DNA from: an uncultured Eubacteriales bacterium
GTDB lineage: Bacteria > Bacillota > Clostridia > Oscillospirales > UBA644
Length of the DNA stretch: 64,000 nucleotides
Assembly (NCBI GenBank): GCA_900547165.1
Contig: URFZ01000004.1
Span: forward strand, 47,104-111,103
Direction: 5' to 3'
Below the pieces are notes generated by a model. The model saw only the letters and a program-made list of their open reading frames with translations, did not search any database and was not told the origin of the DNA. Positions 27,035-36,257 of the stretch are shown piece after piece (position 1 is the stretch's first letter; every line of letters begins with the position of its first letter). A program made the position numbers and the translations under genes.

Positions 27035-28489
27035 TCATTCGCCGCAAGAAGTGGTTTTTCGGTCGCGTTTTCTCTTTTTCAGGAGGGTCACGGCGAATAC
27101 TGTCGTGCCGACAAGCAGGGGGATTCCCACAAAAAGAACAAGCGCGGCGACGGCTATGATTTTGCCCGGGAAAGAACTGAAAAAGCCCGTTTTTACATAT
27201 TTCGGAGATTCGGAGGCGGAAAGCGAAAATTCCATCTCCGTATCGGGCAGCCCCGGCAGGGAAAGCTCATACCCTGCGTCGGTCTTAAAAAAGCCGTCAA
27301 TGCCGCTTTTCGTGATAAAATACGGGGTTTTTACAACGATTTTCAACTCGCCGAAATCCGCCCATTTTTTTGCGGGCGAAAGCAGGTATTTATAACTGTA
27401 AACGCTCGGAGAATAACTTGCGTCAATGTCGGGATAAAGAGGCGCGGTCACCGTGTTCGTCAGGGTCTGTCCCGGCTCGACAGAGAGTTCATACTCGTAC
27501 CACCGCATCAGGGAAAAGTCCCATTTATCCCAAAAAATCACACCTTTTCCCGAGCCTTCCGAAAGATAATTCAGAAAAGCGACCGTGGCGTTGTATTTAT
27601 CAACATCAAGGATCTCCGCATCGGCTGAATACTGCCCGAGAGCGTAATCGGAAAACGCCGTGACGTCGGAATGTTTCAGGGTCACGGTTCCGTCGATAAC
27701 ATCTTCGCAGGCGCCGTTTTCATAAAGCGTCCATTTCAGTTCTTTTTCGGGAAGTTCCCCGAAAAAACGAACCGTGAGAGTGTCGCCGTTTTTAACCCAG
27801 CAGGAAACCTGATAGCCGGATTTTAAAACCGTTGCGCCGCTCTGCGATTCGCAAAGAACGCGCGTTTCGGACTTATCTGAGCCGTACACAAAAGCCGCCG
27901 TTGCGGCGCTGTGCCGCTCGTCAAGCCCCTCGACGGAATATACAAGAGTGCGGACGGGCAGATCGGGGCGGAAAAAAGGGTCGGAGACAAAGCCGTCCGA
28001 AAGTCTCGGCATATCCTCTTCAAGAGAAAAGACTGTATACCTGTTTTTGAACGTGTAACGAACCGTCGCCTCCGCAGGTCTGCCGTCAACCGCGACGCCG
28101 TATTTTTCCGTATCGGGAAAAGATACGGATATCTTATCGGAGGCAGAAACCGAAAATTCTCCGTAAAACGGCGGATTTCCGAAAGGAAAGACAAGCTTTG
28201 CGGTCACCTTGTAATCGGTCGGATTGCGAAAAACGTATTCGGCGGAAACCTTTCCCGCGTAAGCAAGAAAGCCCTTTTCGCTTTCGTAATACGTATCCGG
28301 AAACTCTCCGATATCGAAAGTCAGCGTTTCACGCTCGACGGTAAGAGGGCAGTCGTCTGCCGCGGCGATAACGCCCGAGGTGTCCGTCCCCTGCCAAAAG
28401 CGCGGCGCGGAATTTGCGAGCGCGGGGCTGATAAAAGCCGCGGTTATGAGAATAAGCGAAAGGGAAAACGCAAAAACTCTGTTTTTCAT
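27035..28489 (-). CDS. Secreted protein of unknown function with a C-terminal transmembrane anchor
   Basis: 484 aa. Signal peptide MKNRVFAFSLSLILITAAFISPALA. C-terminal TM helix IIAVAALVLFVGIPLLVGTTVFAVTLL followed by KKRKRDRK. Confidence 0.7.
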   Translation of the reverse strand: MKNRVFAFSLSLILITAAFISPALANSAPRFWQGTDTSGVIAAADDCPLTVERETLTFDIGEFPDTYYESEKGFLAYAGKVSAEYVFRNPTDYKVTAKLVFPFGNPPFYGEFSVSASDKISVSFPDTEKYGVAVDGRPAEATVRYTFKNRYTVFSLEEDMPRLSDGFVSDPFFRPDLPVRTLVYSVEGLDERHSAATAAFVYGSDKSETRVLCESQSGATVLKSGYQVSCWVKNGDTLTVRFFGELPEKELKWTLYENGACEDVIDGTVTLKHSDVTAFSDYALGQYSADAEILDVDKYNATVAFLNYLSEGSGKGVIFWDKWDFSLMRWYEYELSVEPGQTLTNTVTAPLYPDIDASYSPSVYSYKYLLSPAKKWADFGELKIVVKTPYFITKSGIDGFFKTDAGYELSLPGLPDTEMEFSLSASESPKYVKTGFFSSFPGKIIAVAALVLFVGIPLLVGTTVFAVTLLKKRKRDRKTTSCGE

Positions 28490-28567
28490 AAAAACTCCTT
28501 TCGTTGCGGCGGACAGAGCCGCCCTTTCTGTTTTTTCACAAAGACGAAAGTTATCCCGCCCGAAAGA

Positions 28568-30130
28568 TCAGATGAGTTCGTAATCTATATCCGCGGGGAA
28601 GTACGGCAGCGAGAAGCCGAGCAGGTTCGCGCCCTCGAAAACGGCGGCGCGCTTGAAGCGGTTGGACTTGAAACGGTCGTAGAAACGGTCAAGCGTCGAA
28701 ACTATCTCGTCCTCGTCAAGTTCTTCAAACACGGCAAGGCAAAGATTTTTAATATCCGAATATGCGGCGTGGCGTTTGGCAAAGAAGAACATCGCAAAGT
28801 CGATGAGTTCGTATTTGCCCACGCTCTTTTCGGTCTCCTGTCCCTCGACAAGTTCGGGGCTTATCGGGGTCTCGGCGATGTCCGTAAGCACCTTGCCGAG
28901 GTCGCCGCCGCGGGTGGCAGCGATATTCTTTACAAGTTCGCGGACAAGCGTTTTGGGAACGGAAGCGTTCGGGTTGTAATGTGCGAGGTCGTCGCCGCCG
29001 AATGTGCACCAGCCGAGTGCGGCTTCCGAAAGGTCGCCCGTGCCGACAACGAATGCGCCCTCCGCGTTGCCGACGTTGAACAGGATATCCGCTCTGGTTC
29101 TTGCCTGTGCGTTTTCGTAAACAACGTTCTTGTTTGCCTCGTCGTGTCCCAGCGCTTCAAACATCGCTTTGGTCGGTCCGACGATGGATATTTCGCGGCA
29201 GGTGCAGCCGAGAAGTTTCATCAGGCTGTCGGCGTTCGAATGGGTTCTGGACGATGTGCCGAAGCCGGGCATGGTTATGGCGATAATATTTTCCGTGGGC
29301 AGACCCGCCATGCGGAAAGCGTTTTCCGCAACAAGCAGGGCAAGCGTGGAATCAAGCCCGCCGCTGACGCCGATAACGGCTTTTTTCAGTCCCGAACCGA
29401 CTATGCGCTGATAGAGCGCCTGCGTTTGGAGCAGGAAAAGTTCGTTCAGATAGCGGGACGGCTCGTTTTTGCCGTAATACGGTATGCGCTCCGTTCCCCT
29501 GTTCGGGCGGGAGTAGATAAGCCCTGTTTTTTTGTCGCTGTCCGCGCAGGCGATAACGGTCTCGGGGCGTTCCTGACTTTTGAAATCAACGATAACGCCG
29601 CTGTTAAATATACCCGTAAAGCCCTTGTAAACGCGGTCCGCGGAACTTTCGCCGAAGCCGCAGTTTGCAACAGCGACAACGCAATGACGCTTGTTTGCCG
29701 CGTCCGCGCAGAACTCGATGATGTCGTTCTGAATGCACGGATAGCCGTCCATTGCGGTCGGAAGAAGCAGAACGTCGGCGTTCGTCTCCGTGCCCGACTC
29801 GGAGACCATAACGGTCTTTCCGCCTATCTTTACGGTGGGTTTCTGTATCAGGTCGCCGCCCTTGACGATAATATTATCGTAGCCGTAAACGGCGGTAACA
29901 AAGCATTTGCCCGTTTTTTCGGAATATTCGCAGAGTTTGTCGAGAGCCTCGTTGGTCTCGTCCGCAAAGCACTTATAGTGCGCCAGATCCGAGCAGCTTG
30001 CGCCGGTCAGGCAGTATGCGGGAAAAAGGTAGACATCGGCTTCGTTTTCGTCCATAACTTTCATCATGGCGTCCGCGTTGCGGAACGGTCTGCCGACGGT
30101 AACGACAAATGTCGCAGCCAAAATTTTCAT
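28568..30130 (-). CDS. nadE: NAD+ synthase (NadE with an N-terminal nitrilase-like domain)
   Basis: 520 aa with the PP-loop SGGLDSTLALLVA. Confidence 0.8.
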   Translation of the reverse strand: MKILAATFVVTVGRPFRNADAMMKVMDENEADVYLFPAYCLTGASCSDLAHYKCFADETNEALDKLCEYSEKTGKCFVTAVYGYDNIIVKGGDLIQKPTVKIGGKTVMVSESGTETNADVLLLPTAMDGYPCIQNDIIEFCADAANKRHCVVAVANCGFGESSADRVYKGFTGIFNSGVIVDFKSQERPETVIACADSDKKTGLIYSRPNRGTERIPYYGKNEPSRYLNELFLLQTQALYQRIVGSGLKKAVIGVSGGLDSTLALLVAENAFRMAGLPTENIIAITMPGFGTSSRTHSNADSLMKLLGCTCREISIVGPTKAMFEALGHDEANKNVVYENAQARTRADILFNVGNAEGAFVVGTGDLSEAALGWCTFGGDDLAHYNPNASVPKTLVRELVKNIAATRGGDLGKVLTDIAETPISPELVEGQETEKSVGKYELIDFAMFFFAKRHAAYSDIKNLCLAVFEELDEDEIVSTLDRFYDRFKSNRFKRAAVFEGANLLGFSLPYFPADIDYELI

Positions 30131-30329
30131 AGTATTATCCTCTTGTTTCAGATTGCTGTTATTTTACATTTTATTATACAATATTCGGCGGGGATTGTCA
30201 ATAGCGGCAATAGACGATATCATAATTGAAAAAGTAATCACCATAATTGCGTATATCCTCTTGACGAAACGGGAAAATTATGATAAAATACGATTAACCA
30301 TAGATTATCCTAAAAATGCGAGGTGTATT

Positions 30330-31553
30330 ATGGCATATATTACACGGGAACTTGAACGCAAGTTCTTAAAACTCAATGATTTTTTCAAGGTTATTCTTGT
30401 TACGGGTGCAAGGCAGGTCGGCAAAACAACAATGCTGAAACATTTGGCAAAGAATGACCGAACCTATGTCACCATGGACAATGCAACGGCTAGAGAACTT
30501 GCGAAGGCCGACCCTGTGCTGTTCTTTCAGACGTATAAACCGCCGATACTCATAGACGAGGTGCAGAAAGCACCGGAGTTGTTCGAACAAATCAAAATCA
30601 TCTGCGACGGAAGCGACGAAAAAGGTCTTATTTGGCTTACGGGTTCGCAACAGTACAACATGATGAAGAAAGTGAGGGAGACTCTTGCGGGAAGGATTGG
30701 AATTCTGGAGCTGTACGGTTTGTCTGCAAGAGAAAAAGCGGGGCTTGTGTTCGATACGGATTTGGATTTCTCTCTCGCTTCCTTACAGTCAAGACAACGC
30801 AGGCTTCCGAAAAACGATGTGATTCAAGTGTTCAATTACATTTGGGAGGGCGGTATGCCCCAAGTACAGGGTGTGGATGACGAACTGAGACAGGAGTATT
30901 TCAATTCCTATATTGACACATACCTTATGCGCGATGCCACCGAAGCGGGAGGCATTACGGACACCGTTCGTTTTCGCAAATTTCTTGTAGGCTGCGCATC
31001 TCTTGTTTCGGAGCAGGTCAATTATTCAACGTTGGCTGAATCTGCCGACATCGCACCGAGCACCGCAAAAGAGTGGCTGAAAATTCTTGTCGGATTGAAT
31101 ATAGTCTATCTTCTTGCGCCGTATTCAAACAATGAACTCAAACGGCTGAGTAAAACGCCGAAGCTGTATTTCTGCGATACGGGACTTTGTGCGTATTTGT
31201 CCATGTGGCTGACACCTGATACGCTGCGCAACGGAGCCGCAAGCGGTCATTACTACGAAAACTATGTTGTGATGGAACTTGTTAAAAACTATGCCTATGC
31301 AAAGTCAAAGGTAAACATCACCTATTTCCGAGATTCCAACGCAAAAGAAATTGATGTGTTTGTTGAAGAAAACAATGTCATTCATCCGTTGGAGATCAAA
31401 AAAAGCGCGGCACCCGACCGTCGTGAAATCAAAAAGTACAGCGTATTGGATAAGGCTTTCCTGAATCGCGGAAACGGCGGAATCATCTGTATGTGCGAAG
31501 AACCGATACCGATAGACAAAGATAACTGCTTTATTCCGAGTAATCTGATATAA
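30330..31553 (+). CDS. AAA-family ATPase with DUF4143-type C-terminal domain
   Basis: Start at ATG 30330 (MAYITRELERKF...). Walker A GARQVGKTT, Walker B LIDEVQ. Paralogous to 31849-33039. Confidence 0.8.
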   Translation: MAYITRELERKFLKLNDFFKVILVTGARQVGKTTMLKHLAKNDRTYVTMDNATARELAKADPVLFFQTYKPPILIDEVQKAPELFEQIKIICDGSDEKGLIWLTGSQQYNMMKKVRETLAGRIGILELYGLSAREKAGLVFDTDLDFSLASLQSRQRRLPKNDVIQVFNYIWEGGMPQVQGVDDELRQEYFNSYIDTYLMRDATEAGGITDTVRFRKFLVGCASLVSEQVNYSTLAESADIAPSTAKEWLKILVGLNIVYLLAPYSNNELKRLSKTPKLYFCDTGLCAYLSMWLTPDTLRNGAASGHYYENYVVMELVKNYAYAKSKVNITYFRDSNAKEIDVFVEENNVIHPLEIKKSAAPDRREIKKYSVLDKAFLNRGNGGIICMCEEPIPIDKDNCFIPSNLI

Positions 31554-31681
31554 TCAAATTCAACAACAAAAAGGGAATGAAAATAAAACAATGCCTGCAT
31601 TTTTGCCGTTATCGGCAAAAACGGACGGTTTTTCGGTAATGAAAGCCAGATTATTGCCGATAACACAAACCGCTTTAGATT

Positions 31682-31784
31682 TTGTGCGGTTGACTGCACA
31701 AAACGCACGATTTTTCCGACCTTGTGCAGTTGACTGCACAAAACGCACGATTTTTCCGACTTTGTGCAGTTGACTGCATAAAAC
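31682..31784 (+). promoter_or_regulatory. Array of 2.5 tandem 40-bp units, each carrying the palindrome TTGTGCAG-TTGA-CTGCACAA (operator-like)
   Basis: Units at 31682-31721, 31722-31761 and 31762-31784 (partial). They abut the promoter of the downstream ATPase gene. Confidence 0.6.
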
Positions 31785-31813
31785 TTGACAAGAGAAAGAT
31801 AATATGCTATAAT
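31785..31813 (+). promoter_or_regulatory. Near-consensus promoter for the second DUF4143 ATPase gene
   Basis: TTGACA (31785-31790), a 17-nt spacer ending TGc, then TATAAT (31808-31813). RBS GGGAGGA lies before the ATG at 31849. Confidence 0.6.
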
Positions 31814-31848
31814 ATTAAGCAGATAAAACGACAAGGGAGGAAATCGGA

Positions 31849-33039
31849 ATGATAAAACGCGAAGAGTATCTTAAAGAACTGCGGGCATTTCGCGAAAAGC
31901 GGGTGATAAAGGTCGTCAGCGGTATACGCAGATGCGGGAAATCGACGCTTTTTGACCTTTTCAAAGAGGAATTGCTTGCGGACGGCATTGAAGAAGAACA
32001 GATAATATCGTTCAATTTTGAAACGGCGGACAATTACGACATAGACGATTTCAAAAAGCTGTATAAAGCGGTGGAAAACAGACTTTGTCCGAATAAAATG
32101 AATTATGTTTTTCTTGACGAGGTTCAGCAGGTTCGCGAATTTCAAAGAGCCTGCGACAGCCTTTATATACTTAAAAATGTGGATTTATATATAACAGGCT
32201 CAAACGCAATGTTGCTTTCGGGAGAGTTGGCGACATTGCTTTCGGGCAGATACATTGAGATAAAAATGCTTCCTCTGTCTTTCAAAGAATACATCTCGGT
32301 CAAGGGAGAAAGCGATCTTTCAAGAAAGTACAGAGACTACCTGACAAAGAGTTCGTTTCCGTACACGCTTGAACTTTCCCGCAGCAAGGATATTCACTCA
32401 TATCTGGACGGAATATACTCATCAATCGTGCTGAAAGACATTGTTGCACGGAAAAAGATTGCGGATGCGGCAATGCTTGAAAATGTTATAAGATTTATGT
32501 TTGACAACATAGGCAACCCGTGTTCTACGACAAAAATAGCGAACACGCTGAAATCAAGCGGACACAACATATCCGTGCATACGGTTGAAAATTATCTGAA
32601 AGCGCTTTGCGAAAGTTTTGTGCTTTATAAAGCGGACAGATACGATATTAAAGGCAAGCAATACCTGCGTTCCGGCGCGAAATATTATGTGGCGGACATC
32701 GGACTGCGTTACTATCTGCTCGGACAAAAGCCCGCAGACCTTGGGCATATTCTCGAAAATGTTGTATATCTCGAACTTTTGCGCAGAGGTTATGAGGTAT
32801 TTGTAGGGAAAAGTGACAAGTCGGAAATAGATTTTATTGCAATAAACGAAGAAGATACCGAATATTATCAGGTGGCTTTGACTGTCAGAGATGAAAAAAC
32901 GCTCTTGCGTGAACTTGCGCCGCTTGAAAGCGTGAACGATCACAACGGAAAATATCTGCTGACACTTGATGACGATCCGCCGTGTTCGCACAACGGAATC
33001 AAACAGGTAAATGCGCTTGATTGGCTGTTGAAAGAATAA
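31849..33039 (+). CDS. AAA-family ATPase with DUF4143-type C-terminal domain
   Basis: 396 aa with Walker A GIRRCGKST and Walker B FLDEVQ. The C-terminal ..NVVYLELLRRGYEVFVGK..EIDF.. is typical of this family. Confidence 0.8.
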   Translation: MIKREEYLKELRAFREKRVIKVVSGIRRCGKSTLFDLFKEELLADGIEEEQIISFNFETADNYDIDDFKKLYKAVENRLCPNKMNYVFLDEVQQVREFQRACDSLYILKNVDLYITGSNAMLLSGELATLLSGRYIEIKMLPLSFKEYISVKGESDLSRKYRDYLTKSSFPYTLELSRSKDIHSYLDGIYSSIVLKDIVARKKIADAAMLENVIRFMFDNIGNPCSTTKIANTLKSSGHNISVHTVENYLKALCESFVLYKADRYDIKGKQYLRSGAKYYVADIGLRYYLLGQKPADLGHILENVVYLELLRRGYEVFVGKSDKSEIDFIAINEEDTEYYQVALTVRDEKTLLRELAPLESVNDHNGKYLLTLDDDPPCSHNGIKQVNALDWLLKE

Positions 33040-33077
33040 ACGGACTGACTGTTCAAGCCGAATATATTCAGACAGAC

Positions 33078-33125
33078 GCGCCCGCCCGTCCGAGAGAGAA
33101 GTCTTTCGGGCGGGCGGGGTTTTAT
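33078..33125 (+). terminator. Rho-independent terminator after the ATPase gene
   Basis: GCCCGCCCG ... CGGGCGGGC stem followed by GGGGTTTTAT. Confidence 0.55.
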
Positions 33126-33151
33126 GCGGATTAGGAATTATTGAAATTATC

Positions 33152-33315
33152 GGGATTTGTGGTGTTTTGTCGCTATGCAAGGAATAACATTATTTCGCAT
33201 TATGTGGGGATTTGTGGTTTTTATGTCATACGAGGGATAGCATTATCCCGCACTACACGGAGATTTGGGGTGTTTTGTTGTTATGCAAAGACAAGGCTAT
33301 CCCCCGATTATGAGC
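33152..33315. repeat. Three degenerate tandem repeats of about 55 bp, each with a small internal hairpin
   Basis: Units start GGGATTTGTGGTGTTTTGT.. / GGGATTTGTGGTTTTTATG.. / GAGATTTGGGGTGTTTTGT... An example internal hairpin is GGGATAgcatTATCCC. Confidence 0.6.
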
Positions 33316-33324
33316 AGGATAAGG

Positions 33325-34248
33325 TTATTTTGCGGCGTAGTTCTCTTTTTCGATGAGCTGCTTGCCCTGCGCGGAGCAGATCCAGTTGTAGAGGATTCTT
33401 GCGGGGCTGTCTTCGGGTTCGTCGGCGCGGATAACGACATAGAAATCGTTGGAAAGTTCGTATTCGCCGGAGGCTATCGTCTTGTTGGATGGCGTAACGC
33501 CGTTGAAGTCGAATATTTTTGCGGAATCGAGCGTGCCGGCTTCCATATTGGTCAGATAATAATAAACGGTGTAACCGAGCGCGCCCGTGGAGCCGTCATA
33601 GCCCGCGATGGCTTCGAGAAGACCTATCATAGAGCCGACAATCTGATCTTTCGGGGGTTCCATGAGAGCGTCGCCGAGCGGGAAGAATTTGTCAAAAAGG
33701 GTCTGGCTTCCGCTCTGCTTATTGCGCTGGAAAGGAACGATATCGACCTTTTCTCCGCCGAGTTCGCTCCAATTCTTCATTTCACCCTTGAATATTTTTT
33801 CAACGTCTTCGCGGGTCAGGTTGGTGACGGGGTTATCCTTGTTGCCTATAAAAACAAGTCCGTCAGCGCCTATTGCGGTCATTTCAAGTCCGACTTTCGA
33901 GTCTTCTATCATCTTTTTCGCGTCTGACGAGGGTTCGTAGACGAGAACAATATCGAACGTGCCGTCAAGAATCCATTTGTAGTTATCGGTGGTCGAGCCC
34001 GCGAACGAAATCATTTTGTTTGCACTTTCGCGGTCGATGCCGCATATGGTGGCGGTAACGGCTTCGCCGAGAGGCAGACAGGCAAGAGAGCCGCCCATTT
34101 TGGGATAGTTTTCAACGGTGAATTTGAATGTGTCGCCCTGTTCCGTTGTTGTCGGGGCGGCGGTTGAGGGTTCGCCTTTCTTTGTGCAGGCACATACGCA
34201 GCCGAGTAAAAGAACGGAGAGAAGTACGAGAGAAACGAGTTTTTTCAT
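33325..34248 (-). CDS. Lipoprotein, periplasmic-binding-protein fold (PstS-like / PBP_like_2 substrate-binding domain)
   Basis: Start moved to the ATG at 34248 (MKKLVSLVLLSVLLLGCVCAC, lipobox). The body resembles phosphate-binding-protein-like solute binders. Confidence 0.55.
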   Translation of the reverse strand: MKKLVSLVLLSVLLLGCVCACTKKGEPSTAAPTTTEQGDTFKFTVENYPKMGGSLACLPLGEAVTATICGIDRESANKMISFAGSTTDNYKWILDGTFDIVLVYEPSSDAKKMIEDSKVGLEMTAIGADGLVFIGNKDNPVTNLTREDVEKIFKGEMKNWSELGGEKVDIVPFQRNKQSGSQTLFDKFFPLGDALMEPPKDQIVGSMIGLLEAIAGYDGSTGALGYTVYYYLTNMEAGTLDSAKIFDFNGVTPSNKTIASGEYELSNDFYVVIRADEPEDSPARILYNWICSAQGKQLIEKENYAAK

Positions 34249-34611
34249 TGCGGGGAATCCTTTCTTTTTATATAATTTAATTGGGTGCTTGTAATAATTA
34301 AATCGGGCGCGGGAATAACAGAACTTTTGCAATGTGCGAATAAGTATATAAAATTTTGTTTGGTTTTTGTCGCGGAAAATACGGCATTGCCCCGATACAG
34401 ATAACGGCTGCGCCGCCGTTTTGTTCTCCCCCGACGCTGCATCGGGCGGCAAAACGGGAGTTTTTCAGCGGCTTTTATTCAAAGCAAAGGTCCGATTTCG
34501 GGAGACGGGAAAATATTCCGGCAAATGATTTAGCAGCGGAGCGTGTTCTACGGCGTAAAAGCGGATTTCCGTTTTTTTACGGCAAAACACTCACTCGGGC
34601 TTTTACGTTTT

Positions 34612-36105
34612 CTAATCCGTGAGGTTCATCGTTGTGCGGCAGAGCACGTTCCAATCGGAGTCAACCGTCCAAACATAGCCGTCACAGTCGTAAACATACA
34701 ATGTGCCGCGGGACGTCTCGACAGAATCAATAAAGGTGTCATACGTCCGAATAACGGAGAGGTCGTCGGGGGCAATAACGGAAAATCCGCCGCCGTCCTC
34801 ATTCTCTTTCAAAAGATATTTGCGGTTCAGCAGTTCCTGATATTTTTCATCGGAGAGTTTGCCGCTGTTTTTGTCGAGCAGCCGATAATAATAACCGCTT
34901 CCGTCATCGTTGAACAGGCACAGAAGATACTTTTCGCTTTCACAATACATTATTTGTGGGCAGTATTCAGGCACGTCGCATACGGTTTTCAGGTTTTTAT
35001 CCACAACGGTTTGCTTACTGCCGGTGCGGAGCAAATACAACCCGCCGCCCAATGCTTCCGCCCAATCGCATTGACGGGTCTTTCCCGAAAAATTATAAAC
35101 GGTATCAGTGTCGCTTATAAAGAGCAGATCTCCCAAAGGAGATACTCCGCGCATGAAAGACGAAATATTACCCGAAACATCGAATGTCGCCTTCACTTTT
35201 TTGTTCTTGTCAAAGACGGTGACTGTTTTATTCTTTAACACAAATATGTTGCCGTAATCATCGGAGCATATACCGTCATATTCGCGAGGCAATATCTGTT
35301 TTTCTCCGCGATAAAGCCCGCATTTTCCGTCGGCGCCGTAAACGGCGAACTCACCCGGGGCAGTAGATACTGCGGCGGCAACGCCGTACTCGAATTTTTT
35401 GATTCTTTTGCCCGACTTGTTTATTATGTAATATTCCGAGTCCGAGCCGTAGACGGAAAGAAGCGCCGTGCCGTTGAAGAAATCGGAAACGACAGAGTTT
35501 TCATCGACTGTGAAAAGATATTTTCCCGTCGCGGAATAATAAGAGGTTTCGGACGCTGCGACAGATTCAAATAAAGAATCACAGCAACCGAAAACACCGT
35601 CTCCGCAATAAAAGGCGGATTTCTTTTTCGGAAATTCGAACATTGACGAACCGTCTTTCGGAATCAGGAAATAATCGGCAAGAAGGAGGTCGTCTTTGCG
35701 GTAACATTTTTCCAGCAGATAATAACCGTCGCAGTATTCGATGCTGTCGTAAACGGGATCGGTCACGATAACGCCGTCAACGGTGCAAAGACCGTAGTAG
35801 CCGCGAATCATTTCCGACATATATACATCTTCGACCTTTACGTTTTCATATTGAACGACGGAGCCGAGATACGGCACAAGTTCGCCGTAATCGGAGCGCG
35901 GGATAAGATTATCGACGTACTTATCAAACATTCGCGGCGAATCCGCCGACTTATACTTGCCGATGTCGGGCAGTTCGTCGAGAATTAAGCCCCACGTCGT
36001 CGGTTCGGGCGAAGAAGTCGGCTGTGTTTCGTCATTTTTCTTGCAGGCGCAGAAAAGCGTCAGAAGAACAGCGAAAAGGAGAAGAAGAGAGACGGTTTTT
36101 TTCAT
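34612..36105 (-). CDS. WG-repeat-containing lipoprotein, paralog 1
   Basis: Lipobox LTLFCAC. Repeated motifs of the YGLCTVDGVIVTDPVYDSIEY.DGYYLL type. Conserved C-terminus WNVLCRTTMNLTD. Confidence 0.75.
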   Translation of the reverse strand: MKKTVSLLLLFAVLLTLFCACKKNDETQPTSSPEPTTWGLILDELPDIGKYKSADSPRMFDKYVDNLIPRSDYGELVPYLGSVVQYENVKVEDVYMSEMIRGYYGLCTVDGVIVTDPVYDSIEYCDGYYLLEKCYRKDDLLLADYFLIPKDGSSMFEFPKKKSAFYCGDGVFGCCDSLFESVAASETSYYSATGKYLFTVDENSVVSDFFNGTALLSVYGSDSEYYIINKSGKRIKKFEYGVAAAVSTAPGEFAVYGADGKCGLYRGEKQILPREYDGICSDDYGNIFVLKNKTVTVFDKNKKVKATFDVSGNISSFMRGVSPLGDLLFISDTDTVYNFSGKTRQCDWAEALGGGLYLLRTGSKQTVVDKNLKTVCDVPEYCPQIMYCESEKYLLCLFNDDGSGYYYRLLDKNSGKLSDEKYQELLNRKYLLKENEDGGGFSVIAPDDLSVIRTYDTFIDSVETSRGTLYVYDCDGYVWTVDSDWNVLCRTTMNLTD

Positions 36106-36125
36106 TTTCAAAACCCCTTTGATAT
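35863..36125 (-). repeat. 263-bp near-identical segment (5' end and upstream region of paralog 1) shared with paralog 2
   Basis: Hand alignment with 37524-37786 shows about 6 mismatches. Confidence 0.8.
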
Positions 36126-36257
36126 GAAAATCTGCGATTCAACGGCATGGTCACCTGTCGAACGCTTTATATATCATCTGAAAAATCGCGCGTTTCGGAC
36201 TTGCCTTTTTCGCCGCAGCCGAGCCGCGCGGCGGTGCGTTTCTTTTTCGGGCGCGCG

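Noticed and set aside
27911-30229. Very long plus-strand ORF (772 aa) in the ORF track
   Set aside because: It is antisense to the well-supported nadE and to the 484-aa secreted-protein gene. Its product is Arg/Gly/Ala-rich with low complexity and no motifs. It is a typical shadow ORF in GC-rich coding DNA.
31682-33315. Possible CRISPR arrays (the 40-bp repeats at 31682-31784 and the 55-bp repeats at 33152-33315)
   Set aside because: The 40-bp units are directly adjacent with no spacers. The 55-bp units are degenerate and only three in number. There are no cas genes in the window.
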